Below, in pieces: positions 13,117 to 22,329 of a stretch of 62,000 nucleotides of DNA (position 1 is the stretch's first letter; every line of letters begins with the position of its first letter). Made by a program: the position numbers and the translations under genes. The DNA comes from Vicugna vicugna (taxonomy: Eukaryota): positions 270,477 through 332,476 of the forward strand of contig MU058769.1 in the NCBI GenBank assembly GCA_013265495.1. The letters are read 5' to 3'. Under the pieces are notes generated by a model. That model did not search any database. It saw only the letters and a program-made list of their open reading frames with translations, and was not told the DNA's origin.

Positions 13117-14152
13117 CTATGAATCCTGAGACAACCTTAAAGCTGCAGGTAAGGATAACACAAGTGACAGCAAGAGATAGGCAGCAAACGACAGGAGGGG
13201 AGAGAGCATATGTGTTCATGAGATAGGATTATCCTTATCCCCGTGAGTCTCAACTCCCTCCAGTGGAAGCTTGGAAACCTCACTTATCTTTCTGTTGTGT
13301 ATTTAACAAGAATAGGTTCTTTACAAACACGCTCTAGGTTTTCCGGATTATAGCGAAAAAGTAAAATAATTTCGTCCCAGTCCAAAGCCAATTATCCAGT
13401 AGTAGGTATCAAGTAAGTTTGATTGACGAATGAATAAACTTCCAAAAGAATCCTACTCGAAGCTGAATAACGTTTGTATCTTTTTTTGGAAACAGGAATT
13501 TAACAGCTCCTGGTCGGTTCTAGGGTGCCGCTAGGGACCAAGATCTTACAAGGACAGAGGACAGGAGATATTGACAGAGATCACTGCATTTCAGTTAACT
13601 ATAATTATCTGTTCAGCCATCCATGTCCTGAGTCCTGCCACCATAGGCTCAGGTGTTGGCTAATTTTCTCAATGAATGGGATACTCTCTTTCCAAAGGCA
13701 GCTCTGCCTGCCAGTATGGTCCTCAGGTCTCCTTCCTTTTAAACCAAAAAACTGGAGGAGGCCCACGCAGCACGACGCAGCCCGTAGAACCGCTTCTCAC
13801 CCAGTGCAGGCCTCCCCATCTCCGCCAAAAGACGCCAGGCTCCTCCCCACTCTGGGTAGCTCCCTTAGGCCGCACCAGGGCCCCGGCCCCTCAATGCCGG
13901 CGCCCAATCGCGGAGGATGAAGCTTCTGCCTCTGCACCACGCCCGCGCCCCTCCGCAGAGTAACGGCCCGCGCCCTGGGGACAGTCCCCACTTTTCTGAA
14001 TATAACTCCTCTGCAACTTCTGCCCGGGCGGTACCTGAGCCGCAGACCAAGCAGCCACAGAGGACCAGTCGCAGCCACACTGCCCCAGCTCCCCAAATCC
14101 GGGGCCCGGCACCAACTGCCGGCAAGACCGCCACTTTCATTCCTCCCGCCAT
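73..14152 (-). CDS. NEMP1: Nuclear envelope integral membrane protein 1 (TMEM194A), complete spliced CDS: join(14035-14152,7385-7509,6003-6222,4576-4648,3424-3517,2839-2953,1929-2154,981-1154,73-256); 1329 nt, 442 aa
   Basis: All introns are GT-AG and the phases join into one [12 protein letters not shown]...QQNNFLT*. Peptides recognised as NEMP1; expected position next to NAB2. Confidence 0.97.
981..1154 (-). CDS. NEMP1: NEMP1 exon 8 (174 nt)
   Basis: cacag/GTACAT boundaries; [39 protein letters not shown]...SPKR. Confidence 0.96.
1929..2154 (-). CDS. NEMP1: NEMP1 exon 7 (226 nt)
   Basis: cctag/GTGACT boundaries; [33 protein letters not shown]...YITYR. Confidence 0.96.
2839..2953 (-). CDS. 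NEMP1: NEMP1 exon 6 (115 nt)
   Basis: cttag/GTAAGT boundaries; [38 protein letters not shown]. Confidence 0.95.
3424..3517 (-). CDS. NEMP1: NEMP1 exon 5 (94 nt)
   Basis: tgcag/GTAAGC boundaries; [31 protein letters not shown]. Confidence 0.95.
4576..4648 (-). CDS. NEMP1: NEMP1 exon 4 (73 nt)
   Basis: ttcag/GTAGGT boundaries; [23 protein letters not shown]. Confidence 0.95.
6003..6222 (-). CDS. NEMP1: NEMP1 exon 3 (220 nt)
   Basis: tgcag/GTAAGT boundaries; [32 protein letters not shown]...VIVTR. Confidence 0.96.
7385..7509 (-). CDS. NEMP1: NEMP1 exon 2 (125 nt)
   Basis: taaag/GTAATA boundaries; [41 protein letters not shown]; keeps the frame between exons 1 and 3. Confidence 0.93.
7745..7935 (-). 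mobile_element. MIR SINE
   Basis: MIR core 'cccattttacaaatggggaaactga...aatttgcccaaagtcacacagctagtaa'; boundaries approximate. Confidence 0.8.
8525..9715 (+). mobile_element. Old L1 (L1M-type) fragment: ORF2 end and 3'UTR, interrupted by a MITE
   Basis: L1 motifs 'aaaactcctagaagaaaac', 'gacaacccacaaaatgggagaaaatatttgcaaatcatatatctgataag', 'gacccagcaattcca', 'ggtatgtgaattatatctcaat'. Confidence 0.88.
9531..9660. mobile_element. Tigger2-like (TcMar) MITE nested in L1
   Basis: TIRs CAGCTGACCCTTGAA / TTCGAGGGTCAACTG (13/15 match); TA follows the right end. Confidence 0.8.
9716..9776 (-). mobile_element. Short 5'-truncated L1 3' tail
   Basis: T-rich start followed by 'attgaagtagagctgatttacaatattgtgttagtt...tgtacagca', the typical antisense L1 3' end. 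Confidence 0.65.
9800..10325 (-). mobile_element. ERV1-class solo LTR (526 bp)
   Basis: TG...CA termini; 4-bp TSD GTTT at 9796-9799 and 10326-10329; 'ccccaaaatatggcacc' motif typical of ERV1 LTRs; subfamily not assigned. Confidence 0.78.
11480..12400 (+). mobile_element. Highly diverged L1 (L1ME-like) fragments
   Basis: 'gaaatgcaaaataaattaagataccac...aatgctggcaaagg...tgtaaactggcaca...ttctgagaatctatcc'; A-rich; boundaries approximate. Confidence 0.6.
13070..13113 (+). repeat. Poly(A) homopolymer, 44 nt
   Basis: Direct count; no recognisable SINE body next to it. Confidence 0.95.
14035..14152 (-). CDS. NEMP1: NEMP1 exon 1 coding part (118 nt; signal-peptide-like N-terminus)
   Basis: Strong Kozak accATGG at 14152; [39 protein letters not shown]; donor CAG/GTACCG. 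Confidence 0.95.
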
Positions 14153-14158
14153 GGTCGC

Positions 14159-14610
14159 CTCATACCACCTCCCCCTCACGTGCTTCTCCCCGGCAACTAA
14201 CTCGGAATAGGCAGGGCCAGCAACCTATCCGCTACAAGGCCCAGCCCCTACCAACCAATCGGGTGGGCGGAGCTTCGAGCACTCAGTCCTTTACGGACCC
14301 TATAGTCCCGCCTCTTAGCAACTGACGCGAGAGGGCGGGAAGAAGCAGCTTTCAGCCTATTAGAAAACGGGTTCTCGCCTCAGCAATGGCGACAGGAAGA
14401 TCCCACCCCTTAACAACATGCTTCCGTCTCCAGTTTATTTACAACTCGGGCGATTGATGGTAAGCGTAGCCTATAGAAAATCAGGATGGGCGAGGCCTCC
14501 TTGACCAAACGATATTTCCATCGAAACTGCCTTAGGTTCCTTCTGTTTTCTTTCTTTCCTTTTTACCACGATCTTTTTGATATGGGAAACTTAAGACAAG
14601 TTTCCGACCC
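14159..14610. promoter_or_regulatory. NEMP1 CpG-rich, TATA-less promoter
   Basis: E-box CACGTG 14177-14182, CCAAT 14255-14259, GC box 14265-14270, E2F-like GGCGGGAA 14334-14341, YY1-like AATGGCG 14385-14391; CpG-rich from about 13770. Confidence 0.75.
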
Positions 14611-14721
14611 GCGACCATGGAGGGAGAAATGAAAGTGGCGGTCTTGCCGGCAGTTGGTGCCGGGCCCCGCAGTTAGGGAGCTGGGGCAGTGTGGCTGCTC
14701 CTGGTCCTCTCTGGCTGCTTG
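14611..14721 (+). pseudogene. Inverted duplicate of NEMP1 coding exon 1 (pseudo-exon with premature TAG)
   Basis: 103/111 nt identical, ungapped, to the reverse complement of 14048-14158; ATG at 14617 reads [19 protein letters not shown]. Confidence 0.93.
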
Positions 14722-15369
14722 TGTCTTCCAAAGTATGAAATTATTTGAAACGGAAGTCACAACAAAAAACTGCGTGGATAGTGTTTTATAGGAATAAACA
14801 TTAAGTTTAAAATGTAGTCATAGGGTTTTTTCTTTTTTTGGAAGCGAAATGAATGTGAAGATTAAGAGAAACTTTTTTAATTCCTCACAATGTCCTGTGA
14901 GATATTTAAGAAAAAGCCAAGGCAAAGGAACCTGCCCAAGATTGCACAGTTCTTTGGGCTGGCTTGTAGTTCCAACCCAAGTCTTACCCCAAAGCCTGAG
15001 TTCTTTCTATGCATCAGGTGCTTCCCATTAAATGACTTACACAGTGAGGGCCTAGCAGAGTGCCTAGTACATAACAGATGTTCAGTAAATACTAGTTGAA
15101 ACTGAAGCATCTTATTTTTTAGAAGATCTGATAGGGGTGGGTAGGAACAGTAGAGATAATGGAGCTGAGTGAGTTGCAAGGAAATTTAGGAAAGGAGGTA
15201 ACTGCTGGGGAAGGTTCAAGCTTTCACAACAAGGGATTTTTATGACGTCAAAATAGGGTTGAGCTATGGGCAAGAGAAGAAATTTCATGCTCAGAAAAGT
15301 CTAGGCCAGCCCTGCTACAGTGGTCATCCTGTCTCTCACACACACACACCACACACTCCCCTGCCTGAC

Positions 15370-15835
15370 CTAGAAAGGTTAATATCAACAGTGATAAATT
15401 ACCATGATACTACATAACCTTGATATAGTGTGATGAAAATGGTGAAACCATGAAACTAATCTAATCATGAGATAAACATTTTAAACATTCAAATAGAGAG
15501 GCATCTACAAAATACCTGACCAGTAATCCTCAAAACTATCAAGGTCATGAAAAACAAAGAAACTGGGAAACTGTAACAGCCAAGAGGAAACCAGATGTAA
15601 TATGGTATCACAGATGAGATCCTGGAACAGGAAAAAAAAGGTAAAAATTAAGGAAATCTGAATAAACTATCAACTTTTAGTTAATAATAATATAGCAACA
15701 CTGGTTCAGTAATGGTGGCAGGTGCACTATACCAGTGAAGGTTATATTAGTGGAAACTGGATGTGGGGCACATGAGAACTCTCTGTATTACCGTCTCAAT
15801 TTTTCTGTACGTCTGAAACTGTCTTAGAAAATAGT
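15370..15835 (+). mobile_element. L1MC-like 3'UTR fragment
   Basis: 'aaggaaatctgaataaactat...ttagttaataataat...gaactctctgtatta...aatttttctgta'. Confidence 0.6.
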
Positions 15836-16619
15836 TAAGACGCACACACACACACAGACACACACACACACATACACGATTTTCTACCGGGTCTAAAATT
15901 CTCAGCATTCAGACCTCGCTCTTTGGTTTTGAATAAAGGCCAGAGAATAGGGGAACTAATTCCAGGGTTGGGGACTAATTCCAGAAGATCACTGACCACT
16001 GACTATTAAAATGTGTAAACGAGGTGGACAGTAATGAAACTTATTGTCCATAAACATATCACACCTTATCATCCAAATGAGTTCTGTCACTTCCAGGTAG
16101 TCACTCAAGAAGCTTTTAGCCTTGTTTTAATAATGAGGACACTGCTCAAAATGCTTTGAGAATCATCTTCAGAATCTATAGCACACACTGCAATGAATAT
16201 TCATTATCTGCAGGTGGATCTGATTTATGCAAATAGCCAAAAGAACTTAGGCTAAGACAAATGAGTAAATGGGGTGGGAAATCTGGATAGTAAATGTGTT
16301 CCAGAGTTTTTTTGGATTTTAGAAAGGTAATATGGTGCATTTACAATATGTAAGGCAACACTCTAGTGGGGTCTAGGACAGTCTAGGACAGCACCCTATA
16401 ATCCAACAAATTAATATTTCTGTAATAAGAGATAGGAATATTCACACTGGAATAAATGAAAGTGGGATAAATGAAATCATAAATAACCTCATGTAAGTTT
16501 AGGAGGACTGCCACAAAAATAAGTTCAGGTCAGACTAGGTTTGTTGTCAAATGAGTTATGAAAAATTTTTGGTTTTCATAGTTTTCTTAATTTTGGAAAA
16601 GGACTATATATGGTGACTG

Positions 16620-17650
16620 TTTGATGAAGATGCTCCATTCCAACCACTCAGTCACCCAACCTAGAAGCCCGAGACTCACCCTAAATTCTTCTCTCTCCCC
16701 AACCCCTTAGCCAGTCATCAAGTCCTATTGATTCCACCTGCTGACTGTCTTTTGCATCTATCCTTTCCTCTCCATCCCATGCCAGTGATTTAGCCTAGCA
16801 CCTTGCCACCTCTTGCCTGAACCACTTTAGTTTCCTTCAGGCTGGCCTCCCTGCTGTCTATGCAGCCATAAAACCCTTCCTCCACACTACTCCTAAATGC
16901 AGATCTGACCACATGACTCCCACCTTACAAAGTCTTTATGGTTCTCTGGTATCTCCTGTGATGAAGTCCATGGTCCTCAGTATGACGTAAAACATAGACG
17001 TAAAGAAAAAAGTTTTAACTACAACAGTCCTATTCAAAGTTTGTTACCAATCTGCACTGAAACAATTTTAGAAATTAACTGTAGGCATTTAGAAACTTTC
17101 ATAGCAATTTGACTGAGAAATGTTAAATTTATTTAATCTAATAAAAATGAGGGATTTTATTTCATTTTTCTAATAATTCACTTTTAGCGTATTTAACAGT
17201 AAGTGGACTCCATAGTGGTTCGAAACTTTAAAAAAAAAAATTGGTCCTTGATGATAGTTTGAGAAGCACTGGTCTATAATATCCTTAATGAAATGGCCTC
17301 AAACACCCCCTGGGATACTTTTTAACCACCAGCACATCCCATCTAGCAATGATTAACAATTTATAGTTTCTCAAACATATTATTCTCTTTCACACCTCCA
17401 CGTGAATTTAAATTCTGCTCTCTCTGACTTGACTGTCCCTTCCTCCTGGAAATCTACTCACACTTCAAAATCCTAGGCTGCATCATCACCTCCTTTGGAT
17501 GCCTGCTTAAATCAGTCCCTCACAATCCCAGGCAGAAAACATCACTTTCCCCCTATACTTTTGCCATTGTTTGTACTCATATTGCACTACATTGTAATTA
17601 TTTGTTTATGTGTCTATCTCCCCTACCAGTCTCTGGGTTCCCCAACGGCA
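16620..17650. mobile_element. L2 fragments with an intervening probable hAT/Charlie-type fragment (~17020-17272)
   Basis: Pyrimidine-rich L2-like motifs ('aaatgcagatctgaccacatgactcc', 'attgtaattatttgtttatgtgtctatctcccc'); 'agtttgagaagcactg' end. Confidence 0.5.
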
Positions 17651-18389
17651 GAAGGTAGGGTGACTTGTCTTTGAGAAGTGAAGCATCTCTTGTAAGATGA
17701 TTAAGTTGAAGGACAATGCTCCTTAGACTACAATTCTGACATGTTAATAAAAGAGTTAAAAAGGAAGGTCATTACTTTGTATTCATATTTTTCTGTTACC
17801 AGCAAGGATTTCAGACTTATACCTTCGGCACCTGGGTATGAATTAATTTACCAGGAGAACAGGCATTTTAGAAGGCCAAGGAGCCAGACTTGTGAGACTC
17901 ATTGGAAACTTTAAGAAAGAAGCAGACATGGAAAACAAATGTCTCCACTTAAACGGTGCTACCCAGGTTAAGCCCCCTTTGGAGTAATATCTGTGTTAAC
18001 TGCCCTTTCAAAGCTGCTCATGCCTGGAGATAGCATTATCAACTCACTCATTTCAGAGGATCCACCAGGTACCAGACCAGGAGAGGTCCTGGGCTGAACG
18101 TGAAACAAGCAACTATAATTGAAATGTATACAAAGAGCCATGAGGCCACTGAAGGATGGGAGGAATTAATTCTGCCTAGGGGAGGCGCAGGAAGGAGAGG
18201 GGCCAGGAAGGTGACATTTGCGCCAGACCTTGCTGTATGAGCTGGATTTGGCCTGGTGAAAACTTGGGGGAGGGGAGTGAGCAGTGCTATCTGCTGGATG
18301 AAAATCTACTCGTGCCTAGGAACGGCAATCCTTCTGGTTAGCAATTCCCACACTCCTCTTCCACCCACTTTCTTCACAATCTTTTCCCC

Positions 18390-21265
18390 TGTTCTTAGAA
18401 ACCTGGGACTGAGGATACTGTTTCCCTTCCTGGAAGAGACCAGTGTAGACAATGAACTAACCCTTAATTAAATGGGATACTTTGCTCAGGCCCGTGTGCC
18501 TCTGAGAACACGGAGGCGGAGGGAGGCGGGAGGGAAGCAAGTGAATCAGGTAGGGAAGTGGGCTTGAGCCATGCTGGGGAAAACGGGGAGGGGAAGAAGG
18601 GAGAAAAAGAGAAATTAAGATTTTTGAATTTGCCTCACCCCCTTTTTGTCAACACCCCCCCCCCTTATCTTTACTGTTTTCCTGTAGCTTCTTATAGTCT
18701 TGGTCTCTTTGTCTCTGTCTCTCTCCATTTGCTAAAGGCTGGAAATTCCTTGTTCTCAACGGAAGGGAGTAGGAGGGGAGTTGAGGGTGGTACGAGTAGG
18801 AGGGAAGCGAAGAACAGACATCTCAGCAGCTCCGGCTGCGGGGGCGTCTGGGCCTCTGGCGGGGCTTGACAAGTCAATGATTTTTAAAATGTACGTATTT
18901 TTAAATCCACACGGAGGGGCTCACAAACCGAGAGAGAGAGACAGACACACAAGTAGATAGATGTAAAGAAACAAAAATACATAATCTGAGGGTACAGAGG
19001 CACAAACTGGCAGTATCGTCTTAAATTTGCTTATTAGCATTTCACAATTTATAGAGTTTTCATACATGCCCTCTCAAAGTGACCCTCACGACAACCCTGA
19101 GAAAACAGATACAGACACTCAGGAGTTTCGCGCTCATACGCGGGCTCACATTCAGACCGACCCCTTCTGGCCTCTTGGGCAGCGGACTGGCCCAGTGGGC
19201 GGGACTTCTCTCCCCTCTTCCCTCTCCGGCCTGGCACCCATCCCAGGACCAAGGAGCGGAGGCCCCAGAACAGGCTCCTCCCTTGTCCTCTTTCTTGAGC
19301 TGGGACCCAAGCGCCCGGCGCCCAGTGGGTTACCGCCCCCTTGCTTCACGCCCTATGCCGTCCTCCCCAGGCGGGCCAGCCTCTCCCTCCGCATCCCGGG
19401 GCTCAGCGCCGCCCCAAGGCGGCCGGGGTGGGAGGGAGGGAGGGAGGGGGGCGCCTCGAGCAGAGGCTGCGTGGGCGGAGGATGTGCGTCACGGGGAGCG
19501 TGGGCAGAGGGAGGGAGGAGGCACGTGGAAACCCGGGGCCAGCCGCTGGCAGCCCAGGCGCTAAAACAACCCGAGAGCGGAGTGGGGGAGGGGCGCCCAC
19601 ACACTTAAGAGGGGTCGGGGAGTGCCCCCAGAGGGAGCCGGGGTAGCAGCACCCTCCCACTGCAGGACGGAGGACTCAGCTTGTTCCTATCACCTCCTTG
19701 CCCCGTATTTGGGGCTTAATGGGATGGAGAAGAGAATTTTAGCTACCGAAATCCCCCCCCACGTGATGCACCCCTCCCACGCTGCCCCCACCGGAGACGG
19801 AAAGGTCCCCTCGCCGGGCCGGAATGTAGAATCAGCCCTGGCCCACGCCACCCACTCTTTGCCCGGCCCGGGCCACTCAGAAGTGCGGAATGACGGGGCA
19901 GGGCTGAGGTTTCGGACTAGAGGGAACCTTGCTTCTGCCTAGTCCACTCGCACGTCCGCCCTCCCAGCCGTGGGCGGGAGTGTAATGGGAACCAGATGGG
20001 GCTAGGAGAAACAAAGGGGGGAAGGGTGGTGGTTGCGGAGAGGGGCTAGGCTCCTTGAAGGAGCTCCTCCCTCCAACTCCTCTGTAGGGAGCCACGTCGG
20101 ACGCTCCCAGTCTCTTGCCCATCTTCCATAGACTCTCCCGGGCTAAGTGCCCTAATATTAGTTCTTAGAAGGGATCTCCTCCCTCTCCCAGAGTTGCCAC
20201 AGGAGTAGGTCCCGGTCCGCAGCAAATAGGGTGCGACTAGTAGAGAAAGATGGGGTACCCCTCCCATCCTAGTCTGACCTAAGCGCTAACAAAACCCTAC
20301 GCGACTAATCGCAGCGCATCTAAGGGTAGCTTCTAGCAAACCCCGCCCATTCCTGTTCCCCAAACTTCGACGTGGACTCGAGGGAGGGATGCAGGACGCC
20401 TGGGTTTCCGAGAACGGCCTCTTCAAACTACTCCTTTTGAGACTGGATAAGAGCGTGGGATACGTAAGGGGTCCTGCAGAGCCCCACACTCACAGACCTA
20501 AGTTTACACTCTATGGGAGTCAGATGCACGCATGACGGAGCCGCGCATCCCGAGTCTCCAACAACTTTTCCCTGGTCACTTCTAACATTTCCACGTACAG
20601 CACCGCGAGGCCCGAGTGTGGGAAGCAGGCGTCCCGTAGTTCTCTAGGCTCGTGTGCCCATCCGTGCGCTTCTCTGTGTCTTTGTGTACCTGTGCGTGGT
20701 TGTGAAACTGCTCTCCGCTCGGAGGGAAAAGAGGTGGGGGGGGGAATAAGAATGTCGCCGGCTGGGCGCTCACGTGGGTACGTGGGCGCGGAGAAGGCCG
20801 GCTGTGCATCCGGCGTGGGAGGCACTGAGCGACCTCGCCCCGCCCGCTGGGTCCCTAAGCCCGCCTTCCAGAGCCTGGCCTCGGTCACCTCAGTCCCCTA
20901 ACTCGGCAGCCCGGCTTCGAGTCTCCACCCCCGCCTCCTGCTCCACACCCCCTCCCCCTAGTCTCCACCTCTCTCTGTCTCTCCGCCGCGGCGTCTCCAC
21001 CGCGGGCCGGGCGGCCCGGAGCGCCGGGCCTCGCTCCCCGTGCGTCCTGCGGGGGTGGAGGCGCGGAGAGGCGGCAAGCGCAGCCGGGGAGGGGGGGGCA
21101 GAGGCACAGACAGAGGCGCGGAGGCTCGGAGAGAGGAGACGTGGAGGGAGGGACGGAGCCCGGACAGCGGCGGACACGGCCTCGCGCGCCGGGAAGAGCG
21201 CAGCGCGCAGCAGGCGCCGAGCGCCGGGCACCGAGAGGGGCATCCCCGGAGGTCTCCAGCCGTCC
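18390..21265 (+). promoter_or_regulatory. NAB2 CpG island, promoter and 5'UTR, with EGR, STAT(GAS), E-box and GC-box motifs
   Basis: GCGTGGGCG 19469-19477 plus near-matches; TTCYNRGAA at 18392, 18427, 20162, 20406; CACGTG at 19522, 19760, 20771; dense CpG over ~19130-21450. Confidence 0.8.
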
Positions 21266-21348
21266 ATGCACAGAGCGCCCTCCCCTACAGCCGAGCAGCC
21301 GCCGGGCGCAGGGGACAGCGCCCGCCGGACCCCGCAGCCCAGACTCAA
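21266..21348 (+). CDS. NAB2: NAB2 exon 1 coding part (83 nt)
   Basis: [27 protein letters not shown](K); donor CAA/GTTAGT. Confidence 0.94.
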
Positions 21349-22284
21349 GTTAGTGGGCAAAGGGAAGAGCGGCAGGGAGTGGAGATGGGTGGAGCTGGAC
21401 TCGGGAAAGGGGTCCGGAGGGCGGAGGTCGAGGAGAGGACGAGGGGAAGCGGAACGGGGGTGGGGGGTGGAGACTGATTGAAAGGGGGTGCGTCTTCGAA
21501 TTAGGGGGCCCTAGGAGCAGGCAGAGATCTGATGAATCTGGATGTGAAAGAATAGTACCTAATTCTCCTTTCCCCGTTTACTCTGTGGGCATGACCTGGC
21601 ATGTGAGCCCCCTGCAAAGAATGTGGGGGCTCCCAAGAGCCAGGGGAAGCCCTGGAGCTCTAGCTGGCAGCAGTGCCAGGGGAGGGCCGCTCAGCTGGCT
21701 CAGTCTGTCGTAGGCATGGAGCGCACAGCCCGTGCGTCCGGGAGAAGCCAGAGCCTTTGAACCAAGAAAGAATCAAAGGAGCTTTGCAGAAGTCGGGCTT
21801 GCCTTAGGCGTCCCTTTTCGTTTCTATACCTTTATTTACAGCATGGGGAGGGAAGTTTCAGTGTGCAGCCCCTCCCTCAAGAGGCCTTGTGTCGCTCCCC
21901 CACTCCACTTGAAGATGTGGGTGGAAAATGAGGGAGAAGATAGGCGGGAGCCCCTGGCGGTTTTTCGCCCACAGACGCTACCAGTGTGGGAGTGTGTGGG
22001 GGCGGAATGGGCCCCAGAGCAGAACAATTGAGGCACTCCTCCCCTCCCCTGTGCCTGAGCTGAAGGGATGGGCCTACCTACAGAGCAGGTGGGGAAGGCT
22101 ACTGCTGGGAGAGGTGCCAACTGTGGGGCACTGGACAATTGAGAAGCGGTGGGAGGTCCTGGGGGAAGAAAGCAAGAGTGCCCTAAAAATGCCTAATCCG
22201 TGGGAAAAGCTGAGCAGGAGTGGAAAAGGGGGAATGGAGCAGGGCTCTGCCTGGTTCTCTGAGTGGGAAAGGGCAGGAGGGCCC

Positions 22285-22329
<45 letters not shown>

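Noticed and set aside
12888..13226. ORFs with poly-Lys or poly-Phe tracts
   Set aside because: Translation of the 44-nt homopolymer.
15243..15250. Full CRE TGACGTCA (also at 48290, inside L1)
   Set aside because: Single 8-mers in CpG-poor or repeat context.
16371..16390. 10-bp tandem duplication GTCTAGGACA x2, and similar short duplications near 37890, 42970-43027 and 49965
   Set aside because: Ordinary slippage; no array or spacer structure, so not CRISPR-like.
19027..19942. Overlapping 100-190 aa ORFs upstream of NAB2
   Set aside because: Low-complexity G/P/R/A translations in several frames of a CpG island, with no recognisable domain.
20774..21265. Open frame continuing ~490 nt upstream of, and in frame with, the NAB2 ATG (possible N-terminal extension)
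   Set aside because: No upstream ATG, and the GTG start probably lies before the TSS. Very GC-rich sequence lacks stop codons by chance.
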